Assembly: GCF_036321535.1 (NCBI RefSeq)
Contig: NC_087437.1
Location: forward strand, 111,044,001 to 111,108,000
From: Camelus dromedarius
Lineage: Eukaryota
Direction: 5' to 3'
DNA length: 64,000 nt
The notes under the pieces are model-generated. The model was not told the origin of the DNA. It saw only the letters and a list, made by a program, of their open reading frames with translations, and searched no databases. This document shows positions 24,822-38,552 of this stretch, one piece after another. The position numbers and the translations under genes are program-made. Every line of letters starts with the position of its first letter. Position 1 is the first letter of the stretch.

Positions 24822-25651
24822 GTGAGTGACCTTAACTCTTTTTGAAATTAACAGGGATGACTTTTGGGGGTCAGTATGGGTATACTACTTGCAGAGTGCA
24901 TGCTAAGATAATTGCACCTCTGCTCTTGAACTTGTTGCCCCCATGTAACCTTTTGCCCCCAGGTGCTAGAATGCCTTACTCCCTAGGCTAAGGAATTGAC
25001 AAATGGGGACACTTAGAAACGATTTGGTTTTGTAGCATTTATTGAACATAGAACTAATACAAGAGCCAAAGGGAACTAATACAGGAAATGTCATGAGTAA
25101 CAGTATTGTCAGCCACTAGCAAAATAAACCATCATCGTGTGAAACATTGGAAGATTTGTAGATAAAAAATTGATACTGAAAATTCATTGAGACTTCATTT
25201 GTATGTGTTTGTTTTCTGAGAGCCTTTCAGGAAAATACTAAATATAAGGACAAGGATTAATTTATTTTTCTGTCAGAGGCCTGGGGGCATAGCTGTCTTA
25301 GCCATGCCAACACTGAACAGGCATCAATAACTTAAGGTTTACCCTTTGGTACTTTACCTCTGAAATTAGAAGTGCACCCCCATCCCACGACTTCCCAGAG
25401 CTTTGCTTTATAAACTTGAAGCCTTGTTTGAAGAGCCTTGTATCTAGAACATCTAGTTACTTGTTTTTAAACTTGTATGTTTTCAAACAAAATTTTGTCA
25501 GCCTGGAAAGTGGGTCCTGTTTGGTACATAGACTATATCCACCTCTTAGCCCACTGTTAACGTTTCTGATTCAGTCTGTTTTTAATTTAGCTCATGAGCT
25601 GAAGTTAAATGTAAATCAGTCCTAATTCCTCTAATGCTTTTTCAATGTTAG

Positions 25652-25769
25652 GCATGTTGGAGACCTGGGCAATGTGACTGCTGGCAAAGATGGTGTGGCC
25701 ATTGTGTCTATTGAAGATCCTGTGATCTCACTCTCAGGAGACCATTCCATCATTGGCCGCACAATGGTG
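25652..25769 (+). CDS. SOD1: SOD1 exon 4 ([39 protein letters not shown])
   Basis: ttag|G, GTG|gtaagt, 118 nt. Confidence 0.98.
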
Positions 25770-26067
25770 GTAAGTTTTTGTATAGTAAGGATATGCATAA
25801 AATTTCTTCTAACACATGGTCATGTATCCTTTCATGATTTCATGATTATTAATCCTGGTTTCTAAGGATCCACATAAATTGTACCTTTAGTTCAGATTAG
25901 GAAAAGCAATTATTTTATTGGATGGTTATAGTAAAGATGAGTTAATGATCTAGATTGGTTAGAACACTGTTGTGCTAAATAAGGAAGATGCAGTAATAAG
26001 GCAGATTATATCTGATATTAGATCTGTGTTACAGAAACAGAATTGGTCTTTATCTAGTCTTATTTGT

Positions 26068-26191
26068 ATTTTTTTGTGTGGGGGAGGGGGAGGGAATTAG
26101 GTTTATTTATTTAATGGAGGTACTGGGGATTGAACCCTGGACCTCACGCGTGCTGAGCACGCACTCTGCCACTTGAGCTGTACCCTGCCCC
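26068..26191 (-). mobile_element. tRNA-derived SINE (vic-1-like) in SOD1 intron 4
   Basis: GGAGGTACTGGGGATTGAACCC...CACTTGAGCT is antisense to the copy at 13937; flanked by TCTAGT repeats. Confidence 0.75.
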
Positions 26192-26998
26192 GTCTAGTTT
26201 TAAAATGGCTGTTTTCTCGCCATTTGGTTTTCCCCTTGCAGTTAACCGGAACATTTTTAGTCTAAAACCTGGGGTGGACCTCAGCACTGTATTCACTCCT
26301 GTCTGCAGGTTATCATCACCTGTTTCACGCGTGGGAAGCAGCTGCCCAAGCTATGTAGGGAGCTGCAGCTGGTTCAGACAAAGCACGCCGTCTCGGCTCC
26401 CTTTGGCTTGCTCCAGAGGGCCGTTAATATTCAGTAGACACTTATTTTCAGTTGATCCTTTATCCTTAGAATTTTCTTCAGCTATAGTTATGAAGCAGAA
26501 AAATCATTTATCAGTGTTTGATGAGCAAAAATTTAAATATTATTGTGTGAATATTTGAGACATTTTTAGGATTACCTCTTATTTATGGACCTGTAGTTCA
26601 TTAGGCACGATTTTGATAAGTTTCTTTCTGGTTCACTTTTTTTCCCCACAGCAATTTATACTCAAAGAATGACTACTGTAACTGAGCTTACTAAAGTTTC
26701 CCATGGGGGATTCAGCATGTGGCGGCCTTTTAACCTAATTGTGTGCTTTTAGTACTTCATTTAGAGACAGCAATGCTTACCTAGTGTTTATGTTTAGGGG
26801 TAACACATGCCTTTGCATTATCAAGAAAAACCTTTGAGTAGTAGTTTCTACTTTTTACTACTAGATTAAATATGAATATATTTTCCTGCTAGTAGGATTA
26901 TTTTACCATGCCACTTTATAATGTTGTTTCTTAAAAGTCTTCTGGGTATTGCAAGAAGAGATGGTAATTGCTTGATAACCCTAAGTTAATGTTCTTAA

Positions 26999-27118
<120 letters not shown>

Positions 27119-27372
27119 GCATTCCCTAGGACGTGGTCTGAGTCCTAGTAACTCATCTGTTGTCTTGCTAGTTGTAGAAATTTAACTTGAGAAATGTTAA
27201 ACACTGTAACCTTAAATGTGTAATTTGTGTGACTTTTAAAAATTGCTTTACGTTCCTGTAATGAGAACTGATTTGTGATCATTTGGAAGATTTGTATCTT
27301 TGTAAAAGTCATATTCAGTTAAAATGTGTTTCATTGATCTCTGTATTTTGCCACACTTAATCACATGTGGAT

Positions 27373-27420
27373 ATTAAACTTAATTGTCTGTCTTCAGTTC
27401 TCACTTAAGCCTGCAATAAA
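27373..27420 (+). terminator. SOD1: SOD1 polyadenylation signals
   Basis: ATTAAA 27373-27378 and AATAAA 27415-27420, about 300 nt after the stop. Confidence 0.65.
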
Positions 27421-29733
27421 CAGATACTTTCTCTGACACTGTATTTTGAGCCTGTTAAAGTATTTAAATTGAAATTCTAAATTAGCTGATACTCAGAGCT
27501 TGAATGGAACAGATTATTATGTTGATAGGTATTAACTATTTCATGGAGCCCTGTTTTTAAGGTGTTTTAACTGAGGTCACCAAAATGTTTAGTTTTAGCA
27601 ACTGGTAAATTTAGCTAAGACTAAGTTGAACTTTAATCTTGGACAAATAGGCTATCCTTTGTTAAATTTTAGGGAAGTTACTTTTCCTGCTTAAGCCACT
27701 TCGGTATTTTGATTCAAAAAGTATGTAAGTTTTTAAAAAGTAGATCTTACGGTTTAAGAGAGCCCTTTGATAGCTTGTGGTGAAATTGTGAACAGCAGGT
27801 TAGAGCCTCAGTTAGCTAGTAAGATTAATTTACCTACCTGCCAAAATGGCACATGTTCCATTTTTGTAGACCTGCGAACATTTAGTTTATAATAAAAGTG
27901 GAGGTTGGAACAATCTGCTTTCAGATAAGCCTCCTTAAATGCATTATACTATTGTAAGGTGGAAGCAAGGAAATGTGTTCTATTTAAATATAAGAATTTA
28001 TATATCCAAGTAGTGAATTCCAGTCTATTTTCTCAACACATTGATTGCCATGTCACCCAAACTTGGGTGACATTTGTATTTCCTCAAGGGCACCTGATCC
28101 TCAAGTCAGTGATCAACGTGTTAATGTAAATATATACCTGTAAGAGAATGGTTTTAAATGTTAATCTCAGGTTTGACTGTGAGCTAGTTTATTAATTGAA
28201 AAATTGCAGAATATTATTTCTGATAGAGAAGCCAGAAGTAATTTTGACTGGTCACAAATGTATATTGGGCTTTATCAAATGTATCATCATTTGGGCTTTA
28301 TCAAATGTAGGGAAAGCTAATTTAGAAAAAGACTAGTGTTTTCAAAGTTTTTAAATTGGTGATAATTTGCTCACAATAAATTGTTAAACGCATCATCAGG
28401 GAGTTTAAAAGCAATCACTACTGGCCTTCACTAATGTAGTTTGTTACATACATGGGACAAGGCTCAAGTACAGGACTTGCTTGTGTCCTTTAAAGCCTCA
28501 AGTGTAATTACTACCACTTGGTAGTTTGGGGTTTTGCCACGTGCAAATAGAGTGCTGTAAATACTTTATATTGGCAATACAGGGCTGCAAGTCTTGGAAA
28601 TCTGGACACTAATTAAATGTCTCTTTCTAGAAGCAGTTTCAGCTAGGACTTTTAAACTTCCTGGTGGGCCAACATAAAATTAAGGAAAAATTTTGTAACT
28701 CAAGTCTGCAAATATGAAATGACGTATTCTCTTATTTTCCAAAAGCAAGGACAAAAAAAAAAAATAGCTGTAGATACATTCTCCCCATCAAAACAAAGAT
28801 CTTGCTGTAGAAAACTAAAACCAAAGTAATAAAGCAGCTTCACCTGGGGATGAGGGCAAAGAAAAAGTTAATTGCTCAGCACCCTGAAACTAGGACAGTT
28901 AAGAAATGTGAGAAAAAACCTTCAACAAGGACATAAATATTTGGATTGTGTAACGGCAGCCTTTTCCTTGGCACTGGGTAAGCGGTTTTATGTAACTGCT
29001 TTTCTGTACTATTTCAGGTATGGGTTTGATTTGGCTTTGGATGTCTTCATGTAATAGTTCTTGGATACCTACAACTATTTTTCCTAGTTAACCCAACAAT
29101 TTTACAGAAGAGATAAAAGTATATGTGGCAAAAGGTTCAGTTTACCTATGCCCAGCAGGGAGTTTAAAAAATGATAAGGAAAGGCAACAGGCAAGGCTGT
29201 AGAATAGGTTGCATTCAAGCCCTTGAACAGATATAAGACAAAAAGCTTTTGCAAATGTTAACCTTGATTTCTTTCATCCTTTTGAAAAAGTTAACGGGAT
29301 GGCAGAAAAAACACCCAGCCTTCTAAATAAGTAATACCCAATCAGATAATGTATAGTACAACAGGTAGGGAAACGTCGGGATCCAATTTTTCCGCCAGCA
29401 AAATTTTTCTTTACAGAGTAATTAGGGCAACACTTACCACAAAGACAACGGCAAAAAAAGAAAACCTTGACTGAGTTGCAAAACAAGCTTTTCAGTTAAC
29501 ATTAAAACCACTAACCTTTACCTTATGACTGAAATGCTAAAAATCAAAAATATTACAAATGAAAAGTGTTTGAGAGTAACTACATAAAGACGTCTATTTC
29601 CATCAAATAAACAAGTCTAATTTAGACTCCAATACAGTATTAACAGCTCAAACTTTGATAGTGAACAATCCTTTTCCACCTTAATGCAGTGTAGGAAGAA
29701 TAACACACATTAAAGTTTGTTACGAAAATAGAG

Positions 29734-29739
29734 TTTATT
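29734..29739 (-). terminator. SCAF4: Candidate SCAF4 polyadenylation signal
   Basis: TTTATT on + (AATAAA on -) 330 nt past the stop, with TG-rich sequence downstream on -; a second AATAAA at 29877-29882. Confidence 0.5.
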
Positions 29740-30068
29740 AAAAACATCCCTATTGTTTTTGAGGAGCTTTCACCGTTACCTTGTCTTAAATTAAAAAAAA
29801 AAATAGCACTTCTAATTACGATTTGTAAACTTTTTAAAGTCAAAACTTTTAAAAAGTTACAGCAAAAAGGGTAATATTTATTCATATTTTCAGTATTTTT
29901 TGTTATTTTGTGGCTATTTTTAAATAGAAGGGAAGCAATCAAATTGCTTACAATTCCCCGCCAACTACTGCGGGGCTGATAAGCAGGAGCAAATATGATA
30001 CAGCATCTGTACACCTCAAGCTCTACACTCCGGAAGCGTCACTGTCACATTTTGACAAATTCCAGTCT

Positions 30069-30994
30069 CTAACGAGGAGCCTCTGCTGCTGAGCCGGAAT
30101 CCTTGTCAGGTTCAACGGATGAGGTAGCCTCAGCAGGCAACTCTTCAGAAGGTCTTACGACTGCAGACTCAGACTCCCCCTTGCCAAGTTCTGAAACAGT
30201 GTCTACGGTTCCCACTTGGCTAAGGGGAGGTTCAGCGGCTTTGTTCCCACTGGCCCTGTCTGCCACCTCGGGCTTTTCCTTCCCTCGGTTTTCTTCCTTC
30301 TCCCTACGAGACTCTCTATCTCTAGAATCTCTCTCTCTGTCTCGGTGCCCACTAGAGCGTCTATTCCTCTCTTCCAAGTCTCGGTGCCTGTCCCGGTCAG
30401 GGCTCCTTCTTCCCCACTCTCTCCTTTCACGATTACAATTATCTCTATCATCATTACGGTTCCCATACCGTTCCCGGTCATTCTCCACCCTACTTCCGAA
30501 AGATCTTCTTCCAAACCTTTCTTGGTCTCTACCTGCATTGAACTGCTGCCTGTTATCGTTTCTAAACGGCTGTGGCTGGTGCTGAGTCGGTGGCGGCTGC
30601 TGAGTCGGTGGCGGCTGCTGAGTCGGTGGCGGCTGCTGAGTTGGTGGTGGCTGCTGCGGCTGCCTTCCGTCTCTGTCTTCAGGAGCGCCTGGGCCTGGTC
30701 CTGGGGCCCCGAGCCCCGGCATTCCACCAGGCCGAACAAAGGGGCCATGGGGTGGAAAGGGGCCTTTCATTCCGTGAGGCGGAGGCATTCCAAAGCCCCC
30801 TGGGCCTGGTGGCGGACCTCTATGCATCATGTGAGGTGGCATGGGACGAGGTGGCATCAGAGGAAATCGCTGTAAATGGGGTGGAGGCATTCCTGGCGGG
30901 CGCTGGAGTGGGATTAGGCCAGGTCGGGCACCAAGAAGACCAGTGGATGGGGCTTGGAGCCCAATTACAGGACCAGGTGCAACTCCTTGAGTAC
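30069..30994 (-). CDS. SCAF4: SCAF4 last coding exon (exon 20)
   Basis: cag|GT ACT CAA (GTQGVAPGPV...) through DSGSAAEAPR-TAG; P/G-rich then R/D/E-rich tail of SCAF4. Confidence 0.96.
30581..30652. repeat. Coding 18-nt tandem repeat x4, (QQPPPT)4
   Basis: GCTGAGTCGGTGGCGGCT x3 identical plus one variant GCTGAGTTGGTGGTGGCT. Confidence 0.95.
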
Positions 30995-32678
30995 CTGAGA
31001 GGCAATAAAAATTAAAATGTAAATAACATAGAAGACGTCACACTACTTTCAACTATTTCCTGTGGAGCTTGAAGTAAAATGAAATTCAGACCAAAATCTT
31101 CAAACTTTGTATTGTTTGCCAGTCTACCTGGGAGAAACTCAATGCGAGGGCCCAGTAACAACCCATGGCAAGCAGTTCTAAAGATATGTTACACACTTAA
31201 ATTAGATAAAGCTATCTATTACTAACATACATAAAAACATTAGTACCTAATATAAGTAGAAGTCAAAATAAGCTGCAAAAGGAAATTATATCAATTTTTG
31301 GAAAGAGTATGTGAAAATCTCCTTTCATAGCCTTGATTAGTAGCTGTTTTACCATTCAAAATACTCAAGAAACACGTGCTGTGCCCTAATGAAATAAAGA
31401 ACCGAACTGAACCAATTGAAGGTTATTTCAGGTATACTCTTGGAAAATTTTATACTCCAAGTCTTAATTTATTACTAGAAGAAAATGTGGCCAATGACCC
31501 AGAAAATCCAGTAAAGAGAGAGGGCTCTTTGTCACTAAAATGCTTCACGTAGTTATTATGCAGTAAGCATTACTTAAACACTAATGCTTATCAAATGACC
31601 CGTGCACAAACAGGCCCCTTTCCAAAGCACAGCATAACATGTATGCTGCTGGGCTGAAATGACTGCTAAACCATGCTGAGTGTTCAGCCATTCACTTTTT
31701 GCCCAAAGGTGGCAAAACTGATAAAGTTAGTGCTACTGAAAGTGACAATGACTTACTGGTTTTATGTCCCATTTACAGGAGGGTTTGCTCATAAGTTTCG
31801 GTTTAAGACACTTCCTCCTACTCACTTTAGCAAACATTTAACAAGTCCTGTTTGCTCCTAGATTTTTTGTATAAACAGTTAATACTAATACGACAGGTAA
31901 GAATTTCTACTTTAGTTTGCACTCCTCAAAACAGGTGCTCCAATACTATTCTGCTAGACTTAGGCACTAAACAGAGCAGACTGGAAAATATACGTGTATC
32001 AGTCTATAACTCTCTTAACACTGAAGACTCACCACTTTGGTATTTACTTTAACAGAGTATCTTCTTTCAAATGCTTAAAGAGAACTATGTTTGGTGAAAC
32101 AAGTTTTAACACAGAGGTGACCTTGGACACATGCCTCAGAAATGCGGACAACTTACCTGCCTCATTTTGAGATAAAATGAGATGAACATCTAAGTCAGCT
32201 TAGAGCTTGGCACACAGTTGGGTGCTTGTTATTATTCACACATGTATTCTGACAGATGATAAATATTTCACTTTGCAAAAACAGCATTTTTCATTTCTGA
32301 CTGTTAAGATCTTACTAGCCTCTCCTGGTCCCCCCAAAACCACCATAGTTTACAGTCAAGCACTCTGGTAGTTGGGAAAGATATGAATACACTGAGCTTC
32401 TATATGCCAGGCCCAAAGTTTAGAAATACTAATTACCATGGTGAAAAGGTGAAATGATGAAATAGATGGATAAGGCAAAGACCTCACCCGTCCACAGATT
32501 CTTCAGACTGTCCTTAGGAAAATTCCAATGAACATATATAGAACCACCACCTATACCATATCAGACTGACATGAAATCCACAGCAGACAAACATTCTTCA
32601 TATCATTTAGTGAACATCTGAGCGTATACCATACAGCAGGACAACAAGGCACCCAAGATAGGTCCTTTCTCCCACTTT

Positions 32679-32832
32679 TTTTAAAAAACTTTTTTTGGGG
32701 GGGTGGGGAGGGGAGGTAATTAGGTTGGTTTGTTCATTCATTCATTTTAATGGAGGCACTGGGGACTGAACCCAGGACCTTGTGCGTGGTTAGCACGGCA
32801 CTCTACCACTGAGCTATACTACACCCTCCCCA
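32679..32832 (-). mobile_element. tRNA-derived SINE (vic-1-like)
   Basis: Perfect 15-bp TSD CCTTTCTCCCACTTT (32664-32678 and 32833-32847); antisense A/B boxes. Confidence 0.85.
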
Positions 32833-32991
32833 CCTTTCTCCCACTTTCTAAATGCATCGTGCAGTCCCAGTATTTGTGGACTTCAACTCAAAACAGGCAG
32901 CAAAAAAGTATGTACCCAGGGACAACCTCTTTTAATAGAGGTATATATGGAAATACTTTAAAAAGTCAAACTCTACTTTCCCACTAGCTTT

Positions 32992-33118
32992 CTAAAAAAC
33001 ATTTTGGGGGGGGGATTAGGTTTATTTATTTATTTTAATGGCAGTACTGGGGATTGAACCCAGGACCTCATGCACGTTAATTTAAGCACACACTCTACCC
33101 ATGAGCTATAATGCCCCC
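32992..33118 (-). mobile_element. tRNA-derived SINE (vic-1-like)
   Basis: TACTGGGGATTGAACCCAGGACCTC...GAGCTATA, same family as the neighbouring copy. Confidence 0.75.
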
Positions 33119-35699
33119 TACCAGCTTTTGTTCAAGGACTAAAACGATCAATGTTTACTATTAAAAAGTTACTGTAGCACATTCCAGTACCCAACTATAG
33201 GATCAAAGGGCCAAAAGCAAGTTTTAAAATAACACTAGAAAAACGGGGAAGAGGTTCAAAGCATCTTCTTATAACAAAAGTTTTAGGTTCAGATGAGTCT
33301 TTAACAGGAAACACTGATTTACAGAATGATGGGAAGGTCCTATTCCTAATTTCTCCATGATGACTGGCTTCCTCAACTACCCATCTGACAGCTGCCAAAA
33401 GAAGCAAGGCCAACCTCAACCTTGTACAGAAGAGATCAAATGGGCAATGATTCTTTATAAAATATAACCCTGTCTCTAGGAACACATCTCTAAGTCCTTT
33501 ATCATATGCATTTGAAGGTGTATACAGATTGATTTGACAGGGTTAACTTTTATGTTTAAACCGCCTAGAAAAACTAGTGCCTAATTCATCTAGTCCATAA
33601 AAGTGGATATTTGTATTTGGGATTTGCTTAAAATACTATATACTCAAATCCCTTCCCCTTTTCATAGATAAGTCCATTTCCTTCTAACACTTCATAGACC
33701 ATCAAAGTTTATAGATTTCCCTGTTAGAATATTCCCATTGTTCCAAATGTTGGCCTTCAGACCACAGAAGTGGTGAAATTATGGACTGTTTTTGCTTATC
33801 TGTTGTTTTGCATTCAAATAAAAAAGTACAGCTTTTATAATAGAAGTTATATTTAAAAATACATCAGGCGGCACAAGCTCTTGGTAGGCATAGTAGCTGA
33901 AATTAACTTTTATTTTTATTAGGAAAGCTGACACTATGCACATGCCGACAGAATATATAGTGGGTTACCCATGTCTAAATGGCATTCAAAGCAGTTATTC
34001 ATTTTATTTGGAAGTATGACATGCAGTATCACTCACGAGTTACAAACTCAAAAAAATTCACTCATACATGTGTTGAACATCTGAGGTTTACATTAACTCA
34101 TTTAATGTGCTAGGGATTAAAGATTAAAAAAATTTAGTCCTTCCCTTCAAACAGGAGAGCGCCTCGTAGAAACAGACAAATGTCAACTGCTGTAGGAGAT
34201 GGCACATACTATAGTATGCTGACAAGGGTGGAACTGATAAAGCTGGTGTATGTGAATCTGAGTGGGAATCCCAGGGGATGTCTGAATTGGGTCTCGAAGG
34301 GGAAAACATACAAGGTCAATACGAGTAAGAAAGGTTATTACTGGTCAAGAGAACAGCAGCTTCTGAAAGGCTTATCAACAGGAAGGTGAAGCAGTAAAGT
34401 GTGCTGTTTTAAGACTTGCCATAGAACATTTGAGGAAAATCAAGGAGAGAAGATGAGGTTTATTACTGAAGCAGCTAGAAAGAAATCTGTATAAATAAAA
34501 ACAGCTATCAATTAAAAGAAAAAAGTTGAGTTTTGTGAGGCTGAACAGGTAGGCTGGGGCAATTCAATCTTGTATGCCATGACAAGGAACTTGGACCCTG
34601 ATTTTAGAGTGATGGGAAAACTATGGAGGAATTTTTAGCAAGGATGACCCCATGTTCATTTTGAAAGATCCCTCTAGCAAGCTGTATACAGGAAAGCAAG
34701 GGGGAGGAAGCTGGAGAGCAGCTAGGCTCTTAATCTAAGAATCCAGGAAAAAGACTGAACTAAAGAGGTACTGGAGCTGAGAAGCAGATTTAAGACCATT
34801 AGCAGGCAGAACTGAGAATTTAAGAGAAGGAACATAGCTCTCTGCTTTGAATGAACAAGTGGATGGAGACATCAACGCAATGCAGAAATTTAGGAAGAGA
34901 TGCAATTTTTGAAGACATGATAAATTTTACATGGTAATACTGAGAGTTGGAGGGGCCTGGGCAACATCCAGTGGAAATGCGCTGAAGAAACTGATTAAAT
35001 GCATATAGGTAGAGCACAGAAGAGTCATGGTGTTAACTTATCCAGAATATGGGCAAAACAAAAAAGGGAAGAGTTCAGACCTAGGGAAATATCACTCTAG
35101 ACAGAAATTTCCAAATTTTCTAATACAGTAGGATTTTAGGGCAGATGAAAAAAGTGACAGTCTCAAATGTCTGCATTCAAATTAGAGAAGTATAAGAAAT
35201 ACACAGGCATTTAACTAGTTATTTCTTACAATAAGCCAAAAAAAAACACCTGACAGTTTCACAATTTAAAAATTTAAGTCAAGATTAAAGGGGAGGTGCC
35301 ATTGCTATCTCTAGCAAAGATGTTGGTAATTATGGGGGAAAAAGAACAAGTATGTTAAAAGGCTAAAGGGGTGGCCAGGGATGAGTAGGTTGATATGGCT
35401 TGAGACCAGTGTGGACCTTGAAATCTAGAAGATATTTATAAATAAGGGATACAAATGTACATAAATGAATAGGGCACTTCCCGCCAAGGATGGCCACAGT
35501 TGCGTAGTTAGAGAGACATACAGAAAGTTACAAAGGCTTGAATTAAACACTATAGGAGTGATCAACTGAGCACATTAGTTGGACACTTTCATGGAGGATT
35601 TAATTTGGATCTTTCAAAAAAAGCAAGGATTTGCTATGTGAAAAAGGAAAGGAAGGGAGGAGGAGGACGAGCAGAAGGAATATCTGAAAAGGCAAGTTA

Positions 35700-38552
35700 G
35701 TAGAAAAGGCAAGGTGCTCATTCTACCTATTCTGCACCATGCTCTCGGCTTCCATCCTATCACAGCCACTGCCTCTACGAAGTCCTGGACCTTTCATTAC
35801 AAATAACTTTATCACTGCCGAGTTCTGTTTTTCAAATACCCGACTCTAACCCCCTTCCCAGAGCAACTGTCATTCCCACTAGGATCATGTCCCCAATGCC
35901 CTTCACATCTTTACTTTCCTCCTTACCTGCCTTGGAGTCCATGGTTCTCCCTCACCATGTTGCCCGGAAAAACCTCATCGTTGGTTTTAAATGCAACTCT
36001 TCTACCTGATCTGCACATGAACACGGCTGCGCACCACCCCCAACATGCTGACTGGTCTTATTTAAAATTTATAACTACAAATACAAGTGCTCCCTTAAAT
36101 CTGGCGAGCAATTCTAATTTTCCTAGTTGATTCACATTCTCATGTTTCTAGATAATGTGTTTCATTTGTTCCTGTTTCTCCTTAATTCCACTACTCTTGG
36201 CTGGTTTGCTGTGTACAGCTTCAGAGATAAAATTCAGAGCCTGTAATTCATCCACGTAAAGGGTAAAATTCAATGGTTTTTAATATATCCAGAGTTGGGC
36301 AACCATCACAGTAAATATTAGAACATTTCCACAACCTCAAAAGGAAACCCTGTATCCATTAACCATCATTCTCCATTTCCCTCTAACTCCACCTCAATCC
36401 CCAGGCAACCACATATTCTATTTTTTTCATCTCTATGGACTTGCCTATTCTGGACATTTAATATAAGTGGAACCATACAATGTGTGATCCTTTGTGACAG
36501 GCTTCTTTCACTCAGCATATCTTCTCAAGGCCCATCCATGTTGTAGCTGGTGTAAGTCTTTCATTTCTTTGTATTACCAGTGAATATTCCATTATACAGA
36601 AATACCAGATTTTACTTATCCTAGTTGGTTTATCATTTTAAAAAGGCATTTATAAAGACTTTATCCACCTGCCTACCACCAAATCTACCAATTTACCCGC
36701 ACCTGTATCTGTGTCACTCCGCCTGTCTGTGAACTGTGTTCCAAAGGCTGAAGAAGCCTCTTATTCAAATCCTAAGTACGTGCCCTCTCACCTTCATAAG
36801 GCTATCAACCTAGCAAGTATCTCCTTTCTTACATCAGAAATTACCCCTCTACTGGGCTTTCCAATAAAAATTTCTAGTCTTTGTCAGTCTTTTAGAAATA
36901 AAAATGAACAAAAACCCCCTCCTTCACCTTGCATCTCCCTTCAGCTATCACCATTTTACTGGTTACCTGTATAGCACACCTCCTCAAAGAGATGTCCAAA
37001 ATCACTATCCATTTCTTCCTCTCATTATCTCCTGATCCTGCATTTACTTATATAGGCTTTTGAACTTATCACGCCAATGAAACCACATTTCTCAAGGTCA
37101 CCCAGAAGCCTTCATATTCCTATAATCCAGTTGGCAAGTCTCAGCAATCTTCTTTGCCCCAACAAAGGCATCTGATAGTTGATCTCTCCCTCATTCCTAG
37201 GAACTCTCTTTCCTGGGCTTAAAGGATTTTTGCTTCCTTGCCCACTGGCTGTGCCCTGTCAGTATACTTTGCTGGATGGAACAATACAGGATAGTGGTTA
37301 AAAGTGTAGGTGTTGAATTCTAGACTCTGCCACTTGGTGCTGTGAGCTTGGGCAAGTTACTTCACCTCTTGATGCTTCAGACTTCCCATCCACAAAATGG
37401 GAGTAACTGTGTCAACTTCAAAGGACTGTAAGGCTTAAATAACACTTAGAAGAGTTCCCAACATGTCTTAGTTCTCCATATCAGATTCTCAACTGCTAAA
37501 TTCTGAAGTGTTCCTGGGCTCATCCCTCTCACTACTTCCCTACATTTATTTCTTCCTTAGGTAATCTTACAGGCTCTGGTGGCTGTAAATAGTATCTATA
37601 TTGGCTGATGATACCAGAATTTACATCTTTAGACTTTATTTACCAGTTGTTTAGTTGACCTGAATATTTAGTTGCCCCTGAATATTAAAACATCCAACAT
37701 TTTAACTCAACATCCTTCTCCTAAGCCTGCTCTTCTTTGAGATCTGCCCATCTCAGGAGTGGCAGTTACACTCTACCAATTGCTCAGGTCAAATACTTAA
37801 TCATTCTTGACTCCTTTCCCTCCCATATTTAAGTAATAAGGCCATTCTGAGGCTCTATCTTTAAAATACATTCCGAATCCGACTGCCTACTACTTTCACT
37901 ATACCATCCCAGTGCACACTGCTAGCTCTCTAACCTCATCTATTCCAATGGCATCCATACTGGTCTCCTCTTTCTACTCTTACCAACTCCTATAGTTTGG
38001 TTTCTACAGAATACCCATATGTAATCCTTTAAGAAATGTGAACCAGATTACAACACTTTGCTCAAGTCTTACACCAACTCCTGCTGGACTCATGACCAGC
38101 CCAACAACCAGCTCTGAACTCATCACTTGCTGCTCTTCCCTTTGATCACCCCTGCTCCAGCCCTAACAGCCCACTGGAGTCCCTCCAACAAGCCAAGTTT
38201 GTTCTCAGTCCAAGCTTCCCTTCTGTTATTCCTCCTGAAATGTTTTCCCTCTGCATTTACATGGCTCTTTCCTCTTTTATCTCCGTATTATCTCCTTAGC
38301 TGCCCTCCCTGGCCAACCCATTTATAATAGCACATATCATGCAACATTCCTCCGATCCCAGTCTCTGCTTTACTCTCTTCATTGGAGCATCTCCATGCAA
38401 AATTATTGGCTTACGATCTAAGCCCCCACTAGAATGTAAGCCCCAGGAAAACAGCTCGTATCTTGTCATTCGGGTATCTTTAGTACCCAAAAGGGTGCCT
38501 GGCACACAGTAGGTATTGAGTAAATACATGTTGAATGTATGAATGAATAAAT
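35700..38552. mobile_element. Ancient L2 LINE remnant, interrupted by an L1M fragment (about 36210-36630) and a MIR (about 37280-37470)
   Basis: Pyrimidine-rich body ending in the L2 tail CTAGAATGTAAGC...GTGCCTGGCACACAGTAGG...TGTTGAATGTATGAATGAAT. Confidence 0.65.

Noticed and set aside
28265..28309. Short direct duplication TTGGGCTTTATCAAATGTA; similar small duplications near 12737, 23618 and 53527
   Set aside because: Ordinary slippage-type microduplications with no sign of function
30581..30652. Regularly spaced repeat resembling a CRISPR array
   Set aside because: No spacers; eukaryotic coding tandem repeat
30103..31015. Long + strand ORFs (160, 219 and 147 aa)
   Set aside because: Antisense shadows of the repetitive, GC-rich SCAF4 last exon
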